From contig OY760907.1 in assembly GCA_963664195.1 (NCBI GenBank), forward strand, positions 1,408,001 to 1,472,000: a DNA stretch of 64,000 nt, in the 5' to 3' direction. Below the pieces are notes generated by a model. That model searched no databases. It saw only the letters and a program-made list of their open reading frames with translations, and was not told the origin of the DNA. Each line of letters begins with the position of its first letter. Position 1 is the first letter of the stretch. The DNA is from an uncultured candidate division Zixibacteria bacterium (GTDB lineage Bacteria; Zixibacteria; MSB-5A5; GN15; FEB-12). Both the position numbers and the translations under genes were made by a program. This document shows positions 28,603-38,568 of the stretch, piece by piece.

Positions 28603-28791
28603 AATCGCAAACCTGCTTTTCTCTCTGTCTCTTTACGAGTTTCCCATCAGGCAAGTTGCCGAACAGGGGGAAAAAAGGCAACCTAAAACACTGCCAGGCA
28701 TAAGGCTAATCCACTTGCCCGAAACGTACTTTTTGTGCTTTTTGCTACTGTGTGATCGTTATTGTGTTGAACGTACACGGGGAGTTGGTGT

Positions 28792-30540
28792 ATGAACGTT
28801 CTTATTCTGCTGTCGGGGGCGATGGTTTGTTTTTTGATGGCCTTTCGTTTCTACGGCCGGTTTGTGGCCCGGGCGATCGGTGAGGACAAGAATCGTCCTA
28901 CGCCCGCGGTGGAAATTAACGACGGCAAGGACTACGTTCCCACGCGGCCGTCGGTGTTATTCGCGCATCATTACTCGACAATTGCCGGAGCCGGTCCGAT
29001 AGTGGGTCCGACGCTGGGTATCCTGTACGGTATCGGTCCCGCGTGGCTGTGGGTGGTGATCGGGGCGATCTTTTTCGGGGCGGTGCATGACTTCACGGCA
29101 CTGTTTGCCTCGGTGCGGGAGCGCGGATGTTCCATGGCGGAGATCGCCAGGAAGGCGCTTGGCCCGACCGGCTTCCTTCTGTTTATTGTGTTCACGATTA
29201 TCCTGATTATTCTCGTGACATCGGCTTTTCTGTCACTGACGGCGATATCACTGACTTCAACAATGCCGCTGGCGGATTTTGGGCTGGATGAATCCCAGAC
29301 TCTTCTGCGTACTGAAGTTATCAATGGCCAGACCTATGGCGTGATAGGCGGTATCGCCTCGACCTCGGTCATCGTGATCACGCTCATGGCCCCTCTGCTT
29401 GGTTATCTCGTCACGAAACGGAGCATCAAGACCTGGCTGGCGTACGCAATCGCAGCCGTCATCTGTTTTGGTTCGGTGTGGGTTGGATTTGATCTCCCGC
29501 TGCAATTGGCTCCCACCTACTGGATGATGGTGATTGCCGTTTACACTCTGTTCTCGTGCCAGGCGCCGGTCTGGCTGATCCTGCAACCACGCGACTTTGT
29601 AAACGTGCAGATACTCTATGCCGGTATGGTGATCATGTTCACCGCAGTGGTAATCGGCGGACTCAACGGGCTGTCGATTGACTACCCCATATCCAACGTC
29701 GCGGTAGGATCGGCGAAGATGGGGCCGGTCTGGCCGTTTTTGTTCATAACGATAGCCTGCGGGGCGATATCCGGTTTTCACTCACTGGTTGCGGGTGGAA
29801 CATCGTCGAAGCAACTCAGCAGTGAGAGTCAAGCGCGCACCATTGGTTACGGTGGCATGTTGCTGGAGGGGCTCCTTGCTATCTTGGTGCTGATCGCGAT
29901 TAGCTCCTCGCTATCGTACTCGGATTACATGTCGATTGCGTGGCCGGAAATCGGCAAAGGCAATCCGATTCTGGCCTTTGCCCTGTCGGTTGGCCACCTG
30001 CTTGAGAACACGGTTGGCATTTCGTTGGCGCTCGGTTCGGTGATCGGCATTCTTGTGGTTGAGGGTTTTCTCATCACGACGCTCGATTCAGCGGTGCGCC
30101 TAAACCGATACTTGTTCGAGGAACTGTGGCTTACGTTATTTTCGACGCCACCGGCTATTTTCAGGAAATTCTGGTTCAATTCCGGTCTCGCGGTTTTTTT
30201 CATGCTGTTACTGGCCTGGAATCAGGGATACAAACTGATCTGGCCTGTCTTCGGAGCAACAAATCAGCTTTTGGCTGCACTGACGTTGATTTCGGTGACG
30301 GTTTGGCTGTACAGAGCCGGAAAGCGGAGCTGGTTCACGCTGGTACCAGCTCTTGTGATGCTCGCAACTACAGTTGCTGCATTGACTTACTATCTCATTG
30401 TGCGATACTTGCCGTCTGGGAACCTCCTGATGGTGACTACTGATTTGATTCTGCTGGCTCTGGCTGTGGGGGTTATGTTCTTGTCCGCGAAGGCGTTTAT
30501 GCGATCAAGTGTGAAACGGGGGGCGTCTTTGCGTTCTTAA
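28792..30540 (+). CDS. cstA: Carbon starvation protein A family transporter
   Basis: TPAVEINDGKDYVP, HHYSTIAGAGPIVGP, GAVHDF, LFITIACGAISGFHSL, FGATNQLLA. Confidence 0.95.
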   Translation: MNVLILLSGAMVCFLMAFRFYGRFVARAIGEDKNRPTPAVEINDGKDYVPTRPSVLFAHHYSTIAGAGPIVGPTLGILYGIGPAWLWVVIGAIFFGAVHDFTALFASVRERGCSMAEIARKALGPTGFLLFIVFTIILIILVTSAFLSLTAISLTSTMPLADFGLDESQTLLRTEVINGQTYGVIGGIASTSVIVITLMAPLLGYLVTKRSIKTWLAYAIAAVICFGSVWVGFDLPLQLAPTYWMMVIAVYTLFSCQAPVWLILQPRDFVNVQILYAGMVIMFTAVVIGGLNGLSIDYPISNVAVGSAKMGPVWPFLFITIACGAISGFHSLVAGGTSSKQLSSESQARTIGYGGMLLEGLLAILVLIAISSSLSYSDYMSIAWPEIGKGNPILAFALSVGHLLENTVGISLALGSVIGILVVEGFLITTLDSAVRLNRYLFEELWLTLFSTPPAIFRKFWFNSGLAVFFMLLLAWNQGYKLIWPVFGATNQLLAALTLISVTVWLYRAGKRSWFTLVPALVMLATTVAALTYYLIVRYLPSGNLLMVTTDLILLALAVGVMFLSAKAFMRSSVKRGASLRS

Positions 30541-30555
30541 GTTCCACTCCTGCAA

Positions 30556-30582
30556 TAAATACTGGTGCTTTGCTACCGATAA
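30556..30582 (+). promoter_or_regulatory. Sigma-28 (FliA-type) promoter candidate
   Basis: TAAA-15 nt-ACCGATAA against the consensus TAAA-N15-GCCGATAA, 23 nt before ATG 30606. Confidence 0.5.
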
Positions 30583-30605
30583 GAATGCTATAGACTGGTA
30601 ACAAA

Positions 30606-32165
30606 ATGAAGCTGTTTCTAGACCGTAACAAAACCCTTCTGCCGCGGATCGATGTCATATTCCTGCTGACCAGGATTATGATATTTACGATCATCTGTTG
30701 GTTTGGGGTTTTTGGCGAGTACCAGTCAAAAGACACTACTCTGTTCATTATAGTCATCTCGACATACGGCATTCTCGTCGCTCTGTTCTTCGCCAGTATG
30801 AAGGGCAGGTTTGATCTGAAGCTGGCCTATTTCGGCTCGGTCTGTTACGATATGGTATTCCTGCCTTTGTTTGTGCTTTATACCGGGGGATTGGATTCAT
30901 CGTTCTACTTGCTGTTCTATCTAACCGTCTCGGTCGGCGCCTACGTGCTGACCTTCTGGTTTGCGTTTGGCGTTACGATGATCCTGTCACTGGCGTATGT
31001 CGGGACGATGTACAATCAACTGACAGTCGACGATCTCTTTAGTTTCTCAATCCGCCTTGGTTTCATGTGGGTTTGTTTTCTGGCGCTGTCATACGTGTCC
31101 GATTATATGCGACGCTCAGAGCGTCGGCTGCTGAAACTCTTCGACACGCTGAACCTGCGGACCTCGGAGCTTGAAAAATCTCAGGCCCAGCTTGAGATGA
31201 CGTACGAGAACACGCGTATTCTGGCAGGTATGCTCGATCCGGACAGTGTGGTCAAGGAGGTCGGGCGCATCATGGCCGAGACATTGCAGCATCGGTGCTA
31301 TGCAATCGTTCTGCGAGACGGCGAGAAGAACTACTACTACCGGGCCCGTTGTGTCGACGGATCTACCAGTTTTCATCTGAAGGCGCTGCGTGTTACGGGT
31401 GACGATTTGATTGCCAAGGTTGCGACCGGCGGCGAAGCGGTCCGTGTGCCTGACACGGCGACACGTGATGACTATCGGGCGTTGAGCGAGGACAGTCACT
31501 CTGCCCTGTTGGTGCCGATGACCTCTCACGGGCGTTCTTCGGGACTGCTGATTGTTGAGTCCCCCAAGCCCGGAGCGTTCAGAGAAAGAGATGAACAGCT
31601 TCTCGCAGTGGTGGCTCGTTCCGCCGGTATGGCCCTCGAGAACGCCGAGCTTCACAAACGGACCGAGGAGCTTTCCGTTATCGATGAGCTGACCGGCGCA
31701 TACAACTATCGCTACTTCGTTCAGAAACTCGAAGAAGAGAAGAAACGTGCTGTCCGCTATGATCTTCCGCTTTCGGTTATTATGGTCGATATCGACTGGT
31801 TCAAGAAACTGAATGACGGATACGGGCACGAGACGGGCAACGTGGTATTGAAATCACTGACGCGCACGATCAAGGAATGCGTGCGCGATGTTGATATATT
31901 CGCTCGCTACGGCGGCGAGGAGTTTGTGGTTATACTGCCACAGACACCCCAAAAGGAGGCATACCTGATCGGCGAGAGAATTCGTAATCAGGTCGAACAC
32001 AAAGTGATAGAGGCCGGCTCCGCCGGCAAACTGAAGATAACCGTATCGGTGGGAGTCAGTTCTTTCCCGGAGAATGGCAAATCCGAAGAAGAGCTGGTGT
32101 CGATTGCCGATCAGGCATTGTACCAGGCCAAGGGGGCGGGCAAGAATTTGGTCTGTGTATCGTGA
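30606..32165 (+). CDS. Membrane-bound GAF-GGDEF diguanylate cyclase
   Basis: N-terminal TM helices, GAF (LLVPM...AFRERDEQLL...ALENAELH), DELTGAYN, DIDWFKKLNDGYGH, I-site RDVD, active site GGEEF. Confidence 0.93.
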   Translation: MKLFLDRNKTLLPRIDVIFLLTRIMIFTIICWFGVFGEYQSKDTTLFIIVISTYGILVALFFASMKGRFDLKLAYFGSVCYDMVFLPLFVLYTGGLDSSFYLLFYLTVSVGAYVLTFWFAFGVTMILSLAYVGTMYNQLTVDDLFSFSIRLGFMWVCFLALSYVSDYMRRSERRLLKLFDTLNLRTSELEKSQAQLEMTYENTRILAGMLDPDSVVKEVGRIMAETLQHRCYAIVLRDGEKNYYYRARCVDGSTSFHLKALRVTGDDLIAKVATGGEAVRVPDTATRDDYRALSEDSHSALLVPMTSHGRSSGLLIVESPKPGAFRERDEQLLAVVARSAGMALENAELHKRTEELSVIDELTGAYNYRYFVQKLEEEKKRAVRYDLPLSVIMVDIDWFKKLNDGYGHETGNVVLKSLTRTIKECVRDVDIFARYGGEEFVVILPQTPQKEAYLIGERIRNQVEHKVIEAGSAGKLKITVSVGVSSFPENGKSEEELVSIADQALYQAKGAGKNLVCVS

Positions 32166-32202
32166 GGAAGTGTTCTTGGGGACCGCAATTGCGGAGAAGA
32201 GT

Positions 32203-33201
32203 ATGGACAAGTTAGTAAGACAAATTGGTCAGCTGTTTGTCATCGGGTATCCAGGTGAACAACCACCTGCCCCATGGCTGAATTTCGTTGACGAGGAGCA
32301 GATTGGCGGGTGTATCCTGTTTGCAGACAACTGCGCGACACATCGCACTGCGATGGAGAGTGTGGATACGATCACCTCGCGCTGTCGATCGTCACAACCG
32401 CTGGTGGCAATCGATCAGGAGGGTGGACGGGTCTGCCGACTCAAAGGTGCGCCCGTGGAGTTCGGGGCGGCCTCGGTCTATGCCTCCGAAGGTTTGCTGG
32501 ATCGGTACCGCGAGGACTACTCCCGTGCTGTCGTTCTGATGAAATCTCTGGGGATCAACCTCAATCTTGCGCCGGTAGCCGATCTTTTTCTCGATTCCTC
32601 AAACAAGTGTCTTGCCTCGCGCTGTTTCGGAGACGATCCGGAGAAGGCCGCAGAGTTCGTGAGAGCATCCGTGACCGTTTCCAAGCAGCACGGTATGCTG
32701 TCCTGTCTCAAACACTTTCCGGGGCTTGGAGCGGCATCGATTGACCCGCATCTGGCCACCACCGAGGCCGACTATGATGAAGTCGTTTGGAAGCAGCGAG
32801 AGCGCATTCCGTTTGAGGCGGGTATGCATGCCGGCGCCGACATCATCATGACCACGCACATGCGTGTGCGGAGTGTGGATAGCCGCATAGTTACTGAATC
32901 CGATTGCATTATCGCCAACTGGATTCGTAACGGGCTTGAGTTCGATGGCCCGATCATCACCGATGACCTCCTGATGAAGGGGGCGGACGAAATGGGTGAT
33001 ATCGGCGAACGGACGGTTAAGGCGTTCAAGGCCGGTCATGATCTCCTCCTGTTTGGTCAGGATTGGGAGCGTGCGGTCGAGGCATTTGATTATTTCGTGG
33101 ATGCTGCCCGCCACGGTGATATTTCCCTCGACGCCATCCGATCCTCGCTGGACCGAGTGGCCGGTATCAAGTACAAATTGCGACGATCCGCCGTGCGCTG
33201 A
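32203..33201 (+). CDS. nagZ: Beta-N-acetylglucosaminidase (GH3, NagZ)
   Basis: IDQEGGRVCR, LAPVAD, KHFPGLG...DPH and IITDDL. GGAG RBS before ATG 32203. Confidence 0.88.
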   Translation: MDKLVRQIGQLFVIGYPGEQPPAPWLNFVDEEQIGGCILFADNCATHRTAMESVDTITSRCRSSQPLVAIDQEGGRVCRLKGAPVEFGAASVYASEGLLDRYREDYSRAVVLMKSLGINLNLAPVADLFLDSSNKCLASRCFGDDPEKAAEFVRASVTVSKQHGMLSCLKHFPGLGAASIDPHLATTEADYDEVVWKQRERIPFEAGMHAGADIIMTTHMRVRSVDSRIVTESDCIIANWIRNGLEFDGPIITDDLLMKGADEMGDIGERTVKAFKAGHDLLLFGQDWERAVEAFDYFVDAARHGDISLDAIRSSLDRVAGIKYKLRRSAVR

Positions 33202-33209
33202 GTCTTAGT

Positions 33210-34403
33210 ATGCGATCTCTGATCGATAAACAACAGTTGGTGGTACTCGGCCTAAACTCGGGGACGTCGGCCGACGGTCTCGATTTGGCCGCGGTGAAGA
33301 TCATGCGTTCAGAGAGCGGAGTCAGAACAAAGTTTCTGGCAGGCAAGACGAAGAACTACCCCGCAAAGATACGTGAGTTGGTGCTTTCGACTATCGACGC
33401 GCCGGAAATCGCTGTCGACAAGCTGATCTATCTCGACAATGCTCTCGGGCAATTCTATGGCCGTGCGGCGGCCGGCTTCGTGAAAGAGCTGAAGGCGAAG
33501 AGGATCACGGTGCATGCGGTTGCCTCGCACGGTCAGACGATACGTCATCTGCCGGAGAAAGCAAAGCTGGCCGGGTTTTCAGTTCGCGGTACGCTTCAGA
33601 TTGGTTCTCTTGATCATATGGCTGTCGCGACCGGTCTTCCGGTCATCGGCGATTTCCGTCAGGCCGATATTGCCGTCGGAAACGAAGGGGCGCCCATAAC
33701 TGTGGCCGCCATGGAACGCCTGATGAGTCACGAGACGGAGTCACGCTTGATAGTGAATATCGGAGGTATGTCGAATTACTTCTACTTTCCCGCAAACAGT
33801 AGCGATTACAGGGTACAGGCTGCAGACTGTGGACCGGGCAACGTACTTTGCGACCTGCTTGCCGAGCGGCTGTTTGATAAGAAGTATGACCGTGGCGGAA
33901 AACTTGCGAAAGCAGGAACAGTTTCACGTCGTCTCCTCTCGCTTCTTCTTGCTGAACCGTTTTTCGGCAACAAGACGACCTCTACGGGTAGAGAGGTCTT
34001 CGGGACAGAGATGGCTGACCGCATGGTTGTGCAGGGGAGCAAGCTGAAGCTTCTCGGGAACGATCTGGTTGCAACGGCCGCCGAACTTACCGTCTCAGCA
34101 ATAGCCAGATCGATCAGCCGGATCATCGCACGGGACAAACGGGTGAGAAAATTGTATTTGACCGGAGGGGGCGCTCACAACACATTCATCAGGGAGCGTC
34201 TGGCCGATTTGCTTGACCTCTCCGAAGTGACGTCTGTATCGGCGATCGGCTTCGATCCCGATCTGGTCGAAGCGTCCGCGTTTGCCGTTATGGGTGAGGG
34301 CTGTCTGCGATCTGAGCCGATGCGGACTCGCTTTGACGGGAAGTCCTCGCAGCGGTTGATGCCGGTGCCGGGTAGAATAGTGCAACCACCAAGGAAAGCC
34401 TGA
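33210..34403 (+). CDS. anmK: Anhydro-N-acetylmuramic acid kinase
   Basis: GLNSGTSADGLD, SHGQTIRH, TLQIG, DFRQADIAVGNEGAP, NIGGMSN, DCGPGN, STGREVF, GGGAHN. Confidence 0.95.
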   Translation: MRSLIDKQQLVVLGLNSGTSADGLDLAAVKIMRSESGVRTKFLAGKTKNYPAKIRELVLSTIDAPEIAVDKLIYLDNALGQFYGRAAAGFVKELKAKRITVHAVASHGQTIRHLPEKAKLAGFSVRGTLQIGSLDHMAVATGLPVIGDFRQADIAVGNEGAPITVAAMERLMSHETESRLIVNIGGMSNYFYFPANSSDYRVQAADCGPGNVLCDLLAERLFDKKYDRGGKLAKAGTVSRRLLSLLLAEPFFGNKTTSTGREVFGTEMADRMVVQGSKLKLLGNDLVATAAELTVSAIARSISRIIARDKRVRKLYLTGGGAHNTFIRERLADLLDLSEVTSVSAIGFDPDLVEASAFAVMGEGCLRSEPMRTRFDGKSSQRLMPVPGRIVQPPRKA

Positions 34404-34406
34404 CTT

Positions 34407-35696
34407 ATGTTCAGTCGCTCGATGACATCAATATCTCTCAAACGCATGAGCAAGCTGTTTGTCCGCATTTCTACTGGTCTGTTGCTGCTGATCCTCATGT
34501 GGAGCTGCGCCCGGGTGCCGGGACTTCAGGAAGAAGCGATCTCCGGCTATATCCGCATTCCGTTTGTTCGCGTGCTGCTTGATGAAACGGGCGAGGAAGT
34601 CACGGTTTCCTCCGACGGATCATTTGCGATTGAGTGTCTCAGTGCCGGTCAACAGGAAGTGTATTACTCGTCGCAGCCGGTGAAGATTCGCGGCGGAAAG
34701 ATGCTGGTGTCGGTGTTCAACAAGAATGGCGCGCCGATCAGCGAACGCATGGACGAGATCAATATAATCCCGCGCGGTAACAACAACCGCACCCGTCTCG
34801 GTGACAAACGATATCGCGGCATTCTGAGATTCCTGCCCAACGGCACGGCCATTCGCGTGATCAACGTCGTATATATGGAAGATTACCTGCGGGGCGTTGT
34901 CCCTCCGGAAATCGGACCGCGCCAGAACGAAGAGATTGAGGCTGTCAAGGCCCAGGCGGTGGCCGCCAGAACTTATGCCATGGCCCACCTCAAGCAGTAC
35001 TCCGGCGCACCGTACGATATGAAGTCCAGCATTATGGATCAGGTCTACCAGGGAGTTACGGTAGAAAACGATCTGGTGAATAAGGCGATCAACGGCACTG
35101 AGGGCGTGGTCATAATGCACCAGGACAAGATGATCAACGCCTATTACCATTCTACCTGTGGCGGACGCACTGATGACATCGAGGCGGTCTGGGATCGTAA
35201 GGAAGAACCCTACCTGAAATCGGTCGAGGATAACGCCGCCTGCTCCTGGTCCAAGTATTACAGTTGGCGCGAAGTCTTCACCGAAAAGCAGCTTCGCGGA
35301 CGGATCGAGCAGTATCTTGCCAGTGACCGTGGACGCGACCTTCGTATCAGTCCCATCACTGATATCATCATACTCGACCGAACTCCGGGAGGTCGCATTC
35401 GTACGCTGCAGGTGCGGACAGCCACGGATTTGTATAGTTTCCACAAGGATCGCATCCGCTGGGTGATCGGGCGAACCTCCGATCCCGATCTGATCCTGCC
35501 GTCTGATCGGTTCACTGCCGACATCGTGCGCGACGGTTCCGGTGGGGTTGCGTCGGTGACTTTCAACGGTCAAGGATACGGGCACGGAGTAGGGATGTGT
35601 CAATGTGGTGCAATCGGGCACTCGCGAGAGGGTTGGACGTATGACCGCATCCTGAAGCACTACTACACCAATGTCGAGCTGAGAAAGTTGTACTGA
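34407..35696 (+). CDS. SpoIID/LytB-domain lytic transglycosylase-like lipoprotein
   Basis: EDYLRGVVPPE, EAVKAQAVAARTYA, DQVYQG, YHSTCGG, GYGHGVGMCQCGA, ILKHYY, lipobox MWSC. The start may be 34421 or 34446 region rather than 34407. Confidence 0.9.
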   Translation: MFSRSMTSISLKRMSKLFVRISTGLLLLILMWSCARVPGLQEEAISGYIRIPFVRVLLDETGEEVTVSSDGSFAIECLSAGQQEVYYSSQPVKIRGGKMLVSVFNKNGAPISERMDEINIIPRGNNNRTRLGDKRYRGILRFLPNGTAIRVINVVYMEDYLRGVVPPEIGPRQNEEIEAVKAQAVAARTYAMAHLKQYSGAPYDMKSSIMDQVYQGVTVENDLVNKAINGTEGVVIMHQDKMINAYYHSTCGGRTDDIEAVWDRKEEPYLKSVEDNAACSWSKYYSWREVFTEKQLRGRIEQYLASDRGRDLRISPITDIIILDRTPGGRIRTLQVRTATDLYSFHKDRIRWVIGRTSDPDLILPSDRFTADIVRDGSGGVASVTFNGQGYGHGVGMCQCGAIGHSREGWTYDRILKHYYTNVELRKLY

Positions 35697-35745
35697 TTTG
35701 TGTTATAGGGTTGCTTTCACATCGGGTGTATGCCAAAATAGTGCC

Positions 35746-37191
35746 ATGCGACTTATCACCGTAACAGCGATTCTGTTGATCTGCTCTCTTTCGGTACAGG
35801 CCGGGGATTACAAGTACTCCGCGGGCGTCAGCGGTGGTCTGGTTACGCTGAGTGGCGGTAACTTCTTCAGCTATGACAGCGAGCCGACATTTGGGCTTTC
35901 GCTGGGGCATCGTTTGGCAGACCGATGGTGGCTGGATATCGATTACTCGATGCACTCCTTCACCAACGACACCACAGTCGACAGCACGAGTTCCCTGAGC
36001 GCGTTTTCCAATAACTCCAATTTACAGTTCAAGGCGACGAGAATCGGCGGCACGATTTCGCGCCAACTGTTTTCCTCCTCCAACCTGCTTAATCTGACTC
36101 TCGGGGCGGGCGGTGGAGTGATGGTCTGGCGATTCAACGACGAGGTCGCCGACACCACTTTCAAGGTGCTTGGCGACAAGGGCGAGACAAGAGATTTTGC
36201 CGCAACCGAGCTGTTCCTGGGCGGTTCGGCCGGTATTCTGCTGAAGCCGACCTCGCGGGTTTCCCTGCATGTGATGGGGCGCGCAGACTATTTCACCGGT
36301 GCCGGGGCAGAATTCGAACCCGCGGCCAAGGAAGCGCGGGACAACCTGATGCTCGGCGCGGTGGCGCGGCTGTCAATTATGTTCGGCAGTGTCGGTGAAA
36401 AGAGCGAATGGAAATCAGACGAGACTTGGACGATGCAGCCGAGCGATGGACCGGTGCGGCGTTCCTCCGCGCGTGACTCCGACAATGACGGCGTGCCGGA
36501 TCACAAAGATGAGTGTTTGAACACACCACGGGGTGCGATTGTAGACCGAGATGGCTGTGCAGTGGATACGGACGGCGACGGCATCGCCAACGGGCTCGAT
36601 GACTGTCCGGGAACCCCGCCTGCGGCCAGGAACATGGTGGATATTCACGGCTGTCCGGTGGATTCCGATTACGACGGTGTCGCGGATTATGAGGACAGGT
36701 GTCCGTACAACCCGGTTGGGGCGATTGTTGATGAGACCGGTTGTCCGACCGATGCCGACAACGATGGCGTCCCGGACGGACTTGACGACTGTCCTTATAC
36801 GCTGGTTGGGATGGCCGTCGACAAGCACGGCTGCATAAACCTGGAAATGTTCGACAGGCCGATGGTGCTGAATATCAAGTACGCTTCGGGATCGTTCGAG
36901 ATTGATCCGCACAGCCGTGAACGAATCAAGACTCTGGCTGGTTTGTTGACTTTCGTCAAAGATATCAAGATGGAAATTAACGGATATACAGACAACATCG
37001 GTACACCGGCGGCCAACAAGACTGTTTCGGAGAAACGGGCCAACCGTGTACGCGACTATCTGGTTTCACTCGGAGTAGAGTCTGACAGGATCAAGACCTA
37101 CGGACGGGGCGAGACGAACTTCCTGGCATCGAATCAGACTGCGGAAGGGCGTGCGAGGAATCGCCGGATAGAGATAGTGTTTTACAAATAG
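35746..37191 (+). CDS. OmpA-family outer membrane protein with TSP3-like Ca-binding repeats
   Basis: Signal peptide, beta-barrel region, DxDxDG(V/I)xDxxDxCP repeats, EINGYTDNIG...SEKRANRV...GRGE...NRRIEI. Confidence 0.92.
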   Translation: MRLITVTAILLICSLSVQAGDYKYSAGVSGGLVTLSGGNFFSYDSEPTFGLSLGHRLADRWWLDIDYSMHSFTNDTTVDSTSSLSAFSNNSNLQFKATRIGGTISRQLFSSSNLLNLTLGAGGGVMVWRFNDEVADTTFKVLGDKGETRDFAATELFLGGSAGILLKPTSRVSLHVMGRADYFTGAGAEFEPAAKEARDNLMLGAVARLSIMFGSVGEKSEWKSDETWTMQPSDGPVRRSSARDSDNDGVPDHKDECLNTPRGAIVDRDGCAVDTDGDGIANGLDDCPGTPPAARNMVDIHGCPVDSDYDGVADYEDRCPYNPVGAIVDETGCPTDADNDGVPDGLDDCPYTLVGMAVDKHGCINLEMFDRPMVLNIKYASGSFEIDPHSRERIKTLAGLLTFVKDIKMEINGYTDNIGTPAANKTVSEKRANRVRDYLVSLGVESDRIKTYGRGETNFLASNQTAEGRARNRRIEIVFYK

Positions 37192-37210
37192 CCACCCGAT
37201 TGCGAGCCAG

Positions 37211-37765
37211 ATGAGTTACAGTTACAGTACCGGCAACCTCGAGGATCCCTCGATCAAGCAATATGCGATAGTCATTTTTCTGCCCCCGAGCCTGGAACAG
37301 GTTATCGCGCCTGTCAGAGAGCAATTCGATCCGGACTATCACCTGATACCGGCACATGTCACGCTCGTTTTTCCGTTCGAGACTTCGGCTACATTGGAGG
37401 AACTGAGCGCGGTCATTCTCGCCGAAACCGAGAACATGGGGCCGCTGAGAATCGAACTTGAGTCAATTGACGATTTCTACCCCGCCTGCCCGATCATTTA
37501 TTGGAGAGTGAAGGAATGCGACAGACTGCACCGCCTTTACACACGGCTGTATGCCCGGCTCGATATTCCACTGCCGCACAAACAGTTCCTTCCTCACGTT
37601 ACTTTGGCCAGAGAGATATCGAATCATCGCATTGTGTTGGTGAAGGATCAGATCGCCTCCTGGCTGACCGATGAGGTGTTCGATGCAACCTCGATTGATC
37701 TTGTGTCGCCGATTGTTGGTTACAAATGGGTATCGGTCAGGACCTTTCCGGTAGCCGTCGGTTAG
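37211..37765 (+). CDS. 2H phosphoesterase (2'-5' RNA ligase superfamily)
   Basis: Two HxT motifs, PAHVTLVFPF and FLPHVTLAR. Confidence 0.85.
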   Translation: MSYSYSTGNLEDPSIKQYAIVIFLPPSLEQVIAPVREQFDPDYHLIPAHVTLVFPFETSATLEELSAVILAETENMGPLRIELESIDDFYPACPIIYWRVKECDRLHRLYTRLYARLDIPLPHKQFLPHVTLAREISNHRIVLVKDQIASWLTDEVFDATSIDLVSPIVGYKWVSVRTFPVAVG

Positions 37766-37809
37766 GCCGCTCGCCGGGCGGATTAGTCCCCGTAACAACC
37801 GATAAAATG

Positions 37810-37840
37810 AAAAAAGCGGCCCCGAGGGGCCGCTCTTTTC
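37810..37840. terminator. Bidirectional terminator between convergent genes
   Basis: AAAAAAGCGGCCC-gag-GGGCCGCTCTTTTC. Confidence 0.8.
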
Positions 37841-37857
37841 ATGAGCTGATCAGCCGA

Positions 37858-38385
37858 TTACTTCTCAGCTTTCTCTTTAAAGGCGTGTACTTTCGGTTTG
37901 CTCTTGGCAAAGTCGAATTCCTTGAAATTCGGGTTGCCCTCCTTCTTGTGACAGCCTTTGCAGGTTTCCTCGGTTGGCACGATCAAACCGGCCTCGACAG
38001 CCATTTTCATGTGCTTCTCAGGGTCGGCCGGCCAATTCTTCTTGGACATGATCTTGGGGGACTTGTAGGCCGATCCCGCCCCGTGACAGGCTTCGCACTG
38101 CACGCCTTCCAGCAGAACGTCCTTGGCTGTGGTTCCTGTGACATGGCATCCCACGCACTCCGGTTTCTTCTTCTCCTCGGCCGAGAGGGCGTCGTAGGCC
38201 TTGGCGTGCTTGGTCTCCAGCCAGCTTGAGTGCTGATCCTTGTGGCACATTTTGCACTTCTTGTCACCGACATACTCGAAAGTCGGTTCGTCTGCTTTCT
38301 TGGCCTCATCGGCAAGAATAGCTACCGCGGTGAAGGCGGCGACTGCCGTTAGGACCGCCAGGATCCTCGCGAGGTTCTTGTACAT
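37858..38385 (-). CDS. Periplasmic tetraheme cytochrome c (c554-like)
   Basis: AAGGAGG RBS, signal peptide, four CxxCH motifs (CKMCH, CVGCH, CEACH, CKGCH), YVG..C..CH...W..TKHA.A pattern. Confidence 0.9.
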   Translation of the reverse strand: MYKNLARILAVLTAVAAFTAVAILADEAKKADEPTFEYVGDKKCKMCHKDQHSSWLETKHAKAYDALSAEEKKKPECVGCHVTGTTAKDVLLEGVQCEACHGAGSAYKSPKIMSKKNWPADPEKHMKMAVEAGLIVPTEETCKGCHKKEGNPNFKEFDFAKSKPKVHAFKEKAEK

Positions 38386-38568
38386 TTAGCCTCCTTAAAG
38401 CTTGTTCAGTCTTGATACCCCAAAACGACTGAAATATTCCCATGAACCCTGTATTATTCTATGGTAACACGCTGGACCCGATGGTGTCAACTTGTTTCGT
38501 AGATGTAGAAAAACAGCATAAATGGCTTGCGAATTCGACGGTCAAACAGTACAATTACGAGGGGAGTT

